Positions 55,725-64,000 of a stretch of 64,000 nt of DNA are shown in pieces. The notes under the pieces were generated by a model that did not search any database, was not told the DNA's origin, and was given only the letters and a program-made list of their open reading frames with translations. Location of the stretch: NCBI GenBank assembly GCA_904063045.1, contig CAJFCJ010000008.1:620001-684000 (forward strand), read 5' to 3'. The stretch comes from Dimorphilus gyrociliatus. Its lineage: Eukaryota > Animalia > Annelida. The stretch's first letter is position 1. Each line of letters starts with the position of its first letter. The position numbers and the translations under genes were made by a program.

Positions 55725-55790
55725 CAGGAAGTACCTGGCAAGCTGGCACACCTTACGCATGCGCAAACTTTCGAATTCACCCCGCCCAAC
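55725..55790. promoter_or_regulatory. Bidirectional promoter motifs (ETS CAGGAAGT, NRF1 ACGCATGCGCA, GC box) between the CaM-like gene and FGFR1OP2
   Basis: Three consensus-like motifs clustered in 65 bp of a divergent intergenic gap. Confidence 0.5.
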
Positions 55791-56151
55791 CAGATGGAAA
55801 TTTTAATAATTAGTCACACATCGTGTTTAAAACTTACTTTTCATAGTTTAACAGAAAAATAACTTTAAAAAATCAGTATCATTATGTGCGTTATGATTTA
55901 AAAATTATCCTTTGAAAAATGAGTAAATTGAAAATATTCAAAACTATTAAAATGAGAGCTTTAATGAATTATTAGTATGATTCTTAATTGTAACTTTCAT
56001 TTATATGTAGTTCATTCAGATGTGACCATTTAATGAACATTTATATTCTGCTTTAAAATTACATTTTTTACGAAAATAACTCTCAGGCTCAATTTCCGTT
56101 GCAAGAGATTTTTAACAATTCATATGTAGCAGACTAGTTTATGCTTTAATC

Positions 56152-56697
56152 ATGTCAGTCTCTCTGAGCAGTATTGTATCAGAATCCAAAAAACTGGTTG
56201 AACGCTTGCGTGATGATGATGACGTCTTGGAATCTCTTATCTACAAATGGGAATCAGCATCGAATACTGTTGTTAAAAGATGTCAGGCTGAAGACCCTTA
56301 CAACGGCTGTAATGCTGTACCTTGCGTAGACGGTTCAGAATTAAAGATCTTGGCCTATAAGAATGAGCTATTACGACAGGTTTTACACTCTCATCAAGTC
56401 GCTGCTGATGTATTGATGCACGAATATAGAAGGAAAATTAGCAGTCTATTGCAAGGACGAGCCGATGTTGGCAAAACTGTGAATTCACTAGATCCTCACC
56501 CACCTAAAAACATTCAATATTTGGCAGAGGGTTTACAGACCATTAACAATGCATGTCTTATTGATGAAAAGAAATTTTGCGATTCAATTCAAAATATGGC
56601 TCAACTCAGAGTGGAAAATGAAACTTTTAAGCATTTAGAAAAAAGTAGTCCTTTAAGAATTAAAAATAAGAACAACAACACTACACAGACAGATTAA
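56152..56697 (+). CDS. FGFR1OP2: FGFR1OP2/SIKE family coiled-coil protein (STRIPAK-associated), single exon
   Basis: MSVSLSSIVSESKKLVERLRDDDDVLESLI..., N.LLRQVLHSHQVAADVLMHEYR, IDE...QLRVENETFK match the remembered family pattern. Confidence 0.8.
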   Translation: MSVSLSSIVSESKKLVERLRDDDDVLESLIYKWESASNTVVKRCQAEDPYNGCNAVPCVDGSELKILAYKNELLRQVLHSHQVAADVLMHEYRRKISSLLQGRADVGKTVNSLDPHPPKNIQYLAEGLQTINNACLIDEKKFCDSIQNMAQLRVENETFKHLEKSSPLRIKNKNNNTTQTD

Positions 56698-56751
56698 AGC
56701 TAAATATATTTTATAGTACAATATACACAGTGACTGTTGATATCTAATAAA

Positions 56752-57873
56752 TTACCACGCTGGCGTAGTTGCGTTTGCCAATCTTCTCATTCTTCGGGTA
56801 TTCCGGTCTTGATCTCTTATTTTCTTTTCCATTTCAGCATCAGTTAATGTCTCAATAAATGGGCACCACTGCTCAGCATCTTTTTCATCTCTGATTGCCA
56901 CTTCTATTTGTGGTAACTGGCTCTCGCTGAATGCATACGTCCTCCGTAAGTAGGCTAGTTGACCATGGATACTGTAAGCTATTGAACTTACAAATTCACC
57001 TCCCAAGCCTAGTTCCGCACAAAGCTTAGTTGCGAACTGTTCTGGACTGTTATCAGGTTCAGATAAGTCCCATTCAAACTGATCTAGAAGGGAAATATTG
57101 CCCACGTTTAGATTTAACTTCAAAAGAACGCGTTGGTCTGTTTGTTGGTTGAGGAGATTATCAGTTGAACAGGGGAAAGCATCAATTTGTTGTCGAATGC
57201 TCTGTGCTATTGGGCCGACAAATGATAGAGGATTTAAATCCAGGTCATCGCATATTATTTCAGCGAATTGTTCTGGTGTTATAAGGTTTTCGTTCTTATT
57301 CCATGTAAAGCAATCTCGAAGTTTTTGACCTTCAAATTCCATATCCAATCGAATAGGAACTAGAACCTCATCTTGCATTGCATTAGCATGAACGGTTTGT
57401 GGATCCAGATCATCATAACACATGGGAAATGTCCTGGTCTTAACTTTTCCCATTCTGTTTCTGTTTATTGGTGTTGAGCAAGGCACAGCATCAAGATGAT
57501 GAGAATTACTAGGCATATTTGTCATCCAAGTATTAACTTTTTTAGTTTTCTCTATTCTCGGAGCTGAATCGGAGTGCCCACCAGAGGAGCGATATTTTTC
57601 TTCATTTCCAGCAAATACTTCATCAACCTCAGAAGCCCGTAGTAATGACATATTTGTGGCCATCATATTCGCCTCTAAGCCTAATTGTTGACCGATAACT
57701 TTTCTCTCTTCTGGGGTTACAGTGCGGCGCCATAGAGAAGGGAATCGTTTGTACAAAGAACCTCTAAACATCCGCAAGTAATTTCCAACTTCTGCTCCTA
57801 TATAATACATCTCTCCTCCCTCTTCTAGCCGAAATGGCTGCGGTTTTTTGCCGAAGGTTTTTCTCTCGGTCAT
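56752..57873 (-). CDS. SMARCB1: SWI/SNF subunit SNF5/INI1, single exon
   Basis: [41 protein letters not shown]; RPT1/2 repeats ([27 protein letters not shown]); [25 protein letters not shown]. Confidence 0.98.
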   Translation of the reverse strand: MTERKTFGKKPQPFRLEEGGEMYYIGAEVGNYLRMFRGSLYKRFPSLWRRTVTPEERKVIGQQLGLEANMMATNMSLLRASEVDEVFAGNEEKYRSSGGHSDSAPRIEKTKKVNTWMTNMPSNSHHLDAVPCSTPINRNRMGKVKTRTFPMCYDDLDPQTVHANAMQDEVLVPIRLDMEFEGQKLRDCFTWNKNENLITPEQFAEIICDDLDLNPLSFVGPIAQSIRQQIDAFPCSTDNLLNQQTDQRVLLKLNLNVGNISLLDQFEWDLSEPDNSPEQFATKLCAELGLGGEFVSSIAYSIHGQLAYLRRTYAFSESQLPQIEVAIRDEKDAEQWCPFIETLTDAEMEKKIRDQDRNTRRMRRLANATTPAW

Positions 57874-58919
57874 GATCGCTTAAAAATTGGACTAATTGCA
57901 ATAAATATAGATCCAAATATTTTAGAGCGATAAAATGGAATTTGACGCTCGAAAACCGGAAACTAACTCCTAGCGATATTTTCGTACAATTAATAATATA
58001 TTACTCTTTTTTTCTTAAATACATTTATTATAAAATTTATTCATGTAAAATCCATTTTGAAAAAAATTAATTAATTAATTCCTTAAGAAGACCATTGGTT
58101 ATTTGAAAAAGCGAATCAAGAGCATGTAAAAGTCTTATTTTTCGTAATTGATATAACATATTTGTGTTTCGAAACGCTATATTATTTGATTTAACATTTT
58201 TAAAGTTTTAAATTTAGTTTAATTAATAGAAACAAGGACCTGTAAAATATATAAGCACTCTTTCCACTTTTAATGCAAGTAGAGAAGGTTTTATTAAACT
58301 TTCTAAAGGACAGAGATATTCGAAATACAGGTTTGCTTCATACGTTAGAGGGTTTCGTAAACATAAAGTTTATCTGATTTGCTTTTTATAAACTTTAATG
58401 CGATTGAATATTATTTGAAATTACGGTGTCCATGTAATGCATTTGCGTATGAACAACGTGCCGGTAGCGTAATTTGAGCGTATTCATACAATTACTCCTT
58501 TTTTTCTGCAATTTTCGACCAAGATATACCCACTGGTACATTGTGAATATTCTTTGAAGAAAAAACAATATCTTATAAATTTTTTATTCTTTCCTTTGGA
58601 CTTTCTAACTGGTAATAATTGCTTGAAAAGATATTTAGGTTAATCTAATAATTTTTTGACAGCTTAAATTAGTTTAATTTGTCAAATTAATATTTTAATA
58701 CCTTCCTCCCTATTAAGTAATCTATTCAAATAGAATAAATTTTAATTTACTGTCAATAGCACGTTTTAACGGTATATAAAAATAGAAAAGTTAACTTCAA
58801 CATATTAATGCCTCTTAGCAAAAAATTAATTATTATTCTGATGCTTTACATTAACACATTTTAGTCAAAATTATTAATAAAATTATCCTCCAATTACAGC
58901 TTAAAACATTTCTGCTGCA

Positions 58920-59777
58920 ATGATCCTCGAGGCGGTTGATAAACCCCTCGAAGGGATTGTTCACGAGGAACGAGATGTGACAGTTTATTTTCAGCGTGGA
59001 GGGAGTGTTGGAAAAGGAACCTTATATATAGCAGAAAAGTAAGATTCTAATGTGTGTTTATATTAGAAAATCTATAAATTTTTATTTTAGTGAGCTCACC
59101 TGGCAAACTGACGACAACAAGGGTTTTAGTTTACAATGGCCTGATGTCTCATTACATGCGATTTTAACGGAGGTGACAGCAGATTTCCCTCATCAATGCG
59201 TAATGGTAGTCGCAACTGTTGATCTTGGTAAATATAATAATAACTGTTTGATGATGTATCTTATAAGTTTATTTTATATTCGATAGACGAGAAAGAAGAG
59301 GCAGGAGATGACAGCGCTTCTGAGAAGAGTGTCGATGCAGAAGTGGTCACGACCTTTCAGCTCGTTCCCGATTCAGTGCAAAAACGTATGTCGAGAAAAT
59401 GAGGTTACGATTATTGATATTTAGAGACTAACGAGAATATTCTTTTCTCTAATAGTTGAGCCAATATATAAAGCTATGTGTGAGTGCGTAGCTCTACATC
59501 CATGCAGCGACGGAGAAGAAGACGATGAGGAAGATAATGAAGGTAATGATAATGATGAAAATTGGGAGGCTGATCCTAATGGAACTGCTGATGAGACCGA
59601 GAAGGCGGAAACTATGGATGATTTACCTACAGGAGATTCGGGACCGAACGGTAAATAGAATGACATTATATTATTAACCTTCCAAAAGGGTAATATCTAG
59701 TGGTTAATTGAATAATGAATTTCATTTCAGGTAGCGCAGAGCCGATGGAACAAGGCCAATTCGATGACGCTGAATAA
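58920..59777 (+). CDS. CLNS1A: Methylosome subunit pICln, 5 exons
   Basis: GKGTLYIAE|..LTW...GFSLQWPDVSLHAI, FPHQCV, IYKAMCECVALHP, acidic tract, C-terminal MEQGQFDDAE-TAA. Confidence 0.92.
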
Positions 59778-59796
59778 TTGAGTGATGAATTTATGT

Positions 59797-59808
59797 TATA
59801 TACATATA

Positions 59809-59852
<44 letters not shown>
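59797..59852. repeat. (TA)n microsatellite between the CLNS1A and CFAP99 stop codons
   Basis: Directly visible, with two CA interruptions. Confidence 0.95.
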
Positions 59853-59853
<1 letters not shown>

Positions 59854-59921
59854 ACTATATGTAATGTGTTTGTATTTGTAATTGATTTTCTTTTGGACGC
59901 TGAAAAAAACATGCATTTAAT

Positions 59922-62214
59922 TTACGAAAAAGCAGCTAAAGCAGTCTGTCTTCCAGCAGTTGCAATTCTTTGAGCAGATTTTGAATGAATAGACGGTCCC
60001 AAGCGATTGTCTTTCTTTTCCTTTCCTTTTTCAATTTGCGCTAATCTGGTATCCGATTTGTTACCACTAGGAAGCTTTTTAGGTAGCTGAAAAATATAAA
60101 GAAACTGTTAATCCGTGCGAAGTAATTAGAATAGATTAGGAATTCCAATTTATTTTCAGGAAACCAAACAAAGATATTCTTCAAGAATTAATTGTAGCGT
60201 CTTATTTAGCTCTGCTATAATTAAATAATCTTATTATGGACTGATATTACCTGCTTGGCAACGCCGTGACCCAAGTGGTTGTAGGTTTCCTTTCTCTGCA
60301 ATCGCAGGTCGTCGAGACGTTGTTGTAAGGCATTAATTTTACTATTAGACTTAACATCGGTGTCTGTTTGGAGTCTGGTAACTTTCTTTTGCTCAAGCTT
60401 CATAGCTGCTGCTTTGCTTAATTCGTTTCTATGTTTGCTAATTGTGTCTATTGTATCTATTAGCAACTGATCTTTTGCTTGTTTCGATGCGAATATCTGA
60501 TCTCGCCTTTCTTCTTCTTTCTCTTTCTGTTCTACTCTTAACCATGTTAATCTTTCTCTGAGCTCTGCAACCGACATCTCTGTTAAGAGACCGTGTCCAG
60601 GTGTAGATGTCAAATCGACAAGTTTTTCCCTTTGTTTGGGAACAGCCTCTAAGGCTCGAATTTCTCTGATGAGTTCCATTTTCTTCATCATTTCCTCTTC
60701 AGCTTCTTTTAATGCCCTTTCCATTAACTCCTTACGTTCTTCCGCCACTTGTTTTACAATTCCGGCTTTATATTCCCTAACCTTTCTTTTAGCTTCTTGA
60801 GCGTTCTGATGAGAATCTTGAACATTTTTGACTTTATGCTTTTGCGACTCCTCCATATCGAGTTTTTTCAACATGTAAATATGCATGAGCTTTCTTGCTT
60901 CTTTCTTCATCTGTTGAACTTCAACCTTTTTTTGTTCTATCTGCTCTTTCTTGGCAATTATTGCCTCCTCATAGGCAATTTTTCCGGACATCCTTCGACG
61001 CTCAGCTTCTAGTTTCGCATCTAATTCGTCTTGTTCCTTGACCCTATTCTGCCAATTGTCAAATTGGTCACTATCTCCGTAACCGGACTCTAATTTTACT
61101 AATTTCTCCCATTCTTCTTCTTGCACTTTTCGATACCTTTCACCTTCTCTTAAAATAGCAGCAGCATTAAGTCTTACAACTGGCTTTTGTCTACCACTAA
61201 CGCTTGGCAGAGGGTGGGCTTTAGACATATTAAATTTCAATTCGGCATTTCGCTCATTCAGGATATTTTCCCTTTTCTCTACAGTTTTATCTGACGGTGC
61301 AGTATTAGCACAAGAAAATTGAGATCTGGTAGCGTCCATTAGTCTTTTTTCGGCATATCTTCTATTTTCCTTGGAGATCTTTTGTAAATTCTCAAATTCC
61401 TCAGGCTGTTTGTAGATAACTTCAGGTGCATCTTTGCATTTAGGCATTTTAGGGATTGGTTGTGGCATGGGTATTTTTCTAGGTTTTACTTCAGTTAAAT
61501 TAAACGGCTTAGAGTTTGTTTTGGGAATTTCTTTTGGTTCTTTTAATTGATTTTTGTTATCCAATTTATCTTTTAAAGAATCAACTAAGTTTCGAAGTTC
61601 TGGAAGATGCCTTTGTAAAGGATTAATGAAATGTTCTTGGACAAAGCTGGTATCATATAATTTATTCCATTCATCCTTCATCCAGGTCAAAATATGTTTT
61701 TCATCAGTAGCGAATTGAAAAAACTGTACGAATGAATATATAATGTATATTTATAAAATGAAAAACGTGAAATTATCATCAGTTTACCGTATACATTTTT
61801 TTTGTATGGTGTGACAAAACGCATTTATTGAACCAGCTTGAACCGATGTCCTTGTAGGCAAGTAACATTAGATAGGCGAATACTGTATACATATGCTTTT
61901 CGCTATTAAGCATAATCTTTCCATCACGAGCGTAAAAAGCATCTACAATTACTTTTAACGCTTTTGAGTACTGAACACAGTCGCTAAACGCATTCGTAAT
62001 GAAAATCTCTTCTGTTTCGTCTATAGGCTGAGAAGGAAATGTTTTTTTATCATTTGGAAAAATTTTCTTTACTATTTTCTTTGAAATGATTAATACTTAC
62101 GCCAAAACTGGCCAGACTTTCTTCAAGATGAGTTTCTGAAGCCACACTGTTTTCATCAAAGGTATCAAGAATTTTTTTTACTGAAGCGATTAAATCTTTA
62201 TACGCCTGAGCCAT
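59922..62214 (-). CDS. CFAP99: Cilia- and flagella-associated protein 99-like
   Basis: Multi-exon; KPFNLTEVKPRKIP, VRLNAAAILRE, long coiled coil, VDLTSTPGHGLLTEMSVAELRERL; first exon MAQAYKDLIASVKKILDTF. Confidence 0.82.
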
Positions 62215-62446
62215 GATCATTAATTTTCTTTATAAAAAACTTAAAATTTCTTTTCTAGACAAACTCTTGGCGGCAAAAGAATTTACTTAATTGTTTATAT
62301 ATATTAGTTACTGTTCTTATACAAGCAAAATATCCACCATTTTATATGTTATTGGAGGTTGCTATGGTGACGTGAGAAGTTTTCGTAAATATATGACATA
62401 GTTCGTAAATTCTAATAGAATAAAAATATAAAATAAATTCTTCAAT

Positions 62447-62747
62447 ATGGAAAGAAAAGAAAATATTTTTATATGTTTACGAACAAGCCGCCTTCCTAGA
62501 AATGCTCGTTCGGACTTCTTCGGCAATCTTCGGGACGTCGTTCTAGGATTGGATGCTACTGTGAGTTTTTTTTGTCTTTTGGAGAAGCTATTAAGTGGAG
62601 AGTTAAAAAGCATTAAAGAAGCATTGGAAATCGAAATTGAAGATATATTAATTTGCAAAGTTATATTTGGTAAGTAAAGTATATTAAGTTGAATCTTATT
62701 TTGTTTGCAATTAGATTGCAAACAGCTAATGGGACTCGGTTTGTAGC
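62447..62747 (+). other. Possible short ORF or upstream non-coding exon(s) of the NDRG gene
   Basis: 76-codon ATG ORF with strong donors at about 62560 (gtgagt) and 62670 (gtaagt); no family recognised. Confidence 0.3.
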
Positions 62748-63025
62748 GTTGCTCTTTTTTTCTAGTCGTATAGGACTATTCTTAAAATTTTACGATAATA
62801 TTATGAGAAAGAAACATATTGTTGTCGAAGGTTAAAAAAATTGTAACATTAGACAAACAATATTTATTTTATTTATAAAAAGGAGAGTATGTTTTCTTCG
62901 GACGCCATGTTGCGGCCCTTCCATTGTCAAGGTTACGACGCCCCTGAACGCTATTCGACTGTGTATTGTTTGTGCAGTTTGTCAATAAAGCTTTAAAAAA
63001 TTTCAGATTTTCTAAGGCCTACAAT

Positions 63026-64000
63026 ATGGAGCAGAAGACTATAAAGTGTGGTGATGTTGGTGAGATCAATGTTTACGTACAGGTATACTTTCTTTTATCA
63101 TGCTTATTATGACTTAAAAGGGAAAAGGGTGAAATAATTAGCAAATCATTCAAAACGTAATTTATCGATTTTTTTTTAAAGAAAAAATTATAAATAGGCG
63201 TACGAGTCCAATATTGAGTGCAAAATTCGATCTCTTCCTTGATTATAATATAAATGCTAATGACTTCTATTGAAAAAAGAGGGAAGTAGTTTATTTGTTA
63301 AATTATTCAGTGCGTATATATTACATAAAGAGAAAGAGAAAAAAAATGATTTATAGGGTTTGTAAACCTTCGATTTATTCGCTATGTCTCTTTACATATT
63401 GACAAAATAATAAGCTAACTTGGAAAGGTTGGTCTATTTATATTGAAACAAATACGAGCACGCTAACGATGAAAGGTCACGCAAACGCGCAAGATTAGTA
63501 GGGTCCTTAAATTTAATAAAGAGAAACATTATGAATAGTTTTATCATTCTCTTTTCTCTCTCTCTCTCTCTCTCTCTGTCTTTCCATACTTCAAAAAATC
63601 TGATAGATGAAACATATTCCCTCCTTGTTGTGGGAAGGTAAAGAAAGCCCTTTAAGATATATTTTATATTATTACTATAATCTTACAATCTATTGAATAA
63701 TAATTCTTACGACCTAATTACGTTTCTTTGACTAGTGTAACTACTTCTAAGTATTCCATAGGCCTAAATGGGAAAATAAAGAACACGGATATATTTCTAA
63801 TATATATTTTTTTATAAACGAATTCCTATTGAAAAATAACAGGGAAATAGGTCGAGCAATGAAAAGGTCATCTTTACCGTGCACGACCTTGGCTGCAATT
63901 ATTTACAATACGACGATTTTATCAATCATGAGAGAATGCAGCCGATCAGGGACAGAACTGTATGGGTTCATGTTGCTGTACCCGGACAGGAAACGGACGC
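63026..64000 (+). CDS. NDRG: NDRG family alpha/beta-hydrolase-fold protein; partial, runs off the window end
   Basis: Exon 1 MEQKTIKCGDVGEINVYVQ|gtatac; exon 2 from 63843 GNRSSNEKVIFTVHDLGCNY...WVHVAVPGQETDA. Not in the ORF track. Confidence 0.9.
63555..63577. repeat. (CT)n microsatellite in NDRG intron 1
   Basis: Directly visible. Confidence 0.9.

Noticed and set aside
59782-59973. 63-aa ORF with IYIY repeats
   Set aside because: Artefact of the (TA)n microsatellite.

Overview
Eukaryotic (animal) genomic DNA, very AT-rich and extremely gene-dense, with mostly 50-70 nt GT-AG introns and intergenic gaps often under 300 bp. This fits a compact invertebrate genome; a miniaturised lophotrochozoan such as the annelid Dimorphilus is my guess (inference only). 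About 30 protein-coding genes are supportable, in order: CELF1/2 (partial), DIS3, a secreted orphan, a class C-like 7TM receptor without ectodomain, SPCS2, two orphans, NME7, Haspin, a CARD-CARD RIG-I-like helicase, group I PAK, THG1, DCLRE1A/SNM1A, a tandem-domain DXD glycosyltransferase, YAP/Yorkie, ANKRD45, KLHL20, RPL36A, an acidic/basic orphan, ERCC8, a single-pass orphan, CRNKL1, lark/RBM4, a putative six-exon histone-fold microgene, a THAP/P-element-derived gene, a calmodulin/light-chain-like gene, FGFR1OP2/SIKE, SMARCB1, CLNS1A, CFAP99 and NDRG (partial). There is one tRNA-His(GTG). CELF, RPL36A, NDRG and the histone-fold candidate are absent from the ORF track and were read by hand. 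No CRISPR array, rRNA or intact transposon was seen. Gene names come from remembered motif similarity and exon boundaries from manual splice reading; no database searches were run. The best leads are the ectodomain-less 7TM receptor head-to-head with a secreted helical orphan, the hidden histone-fold microgene, the TAZ-like YAP, the domesticated P-element relic and the divergent RPL36A.
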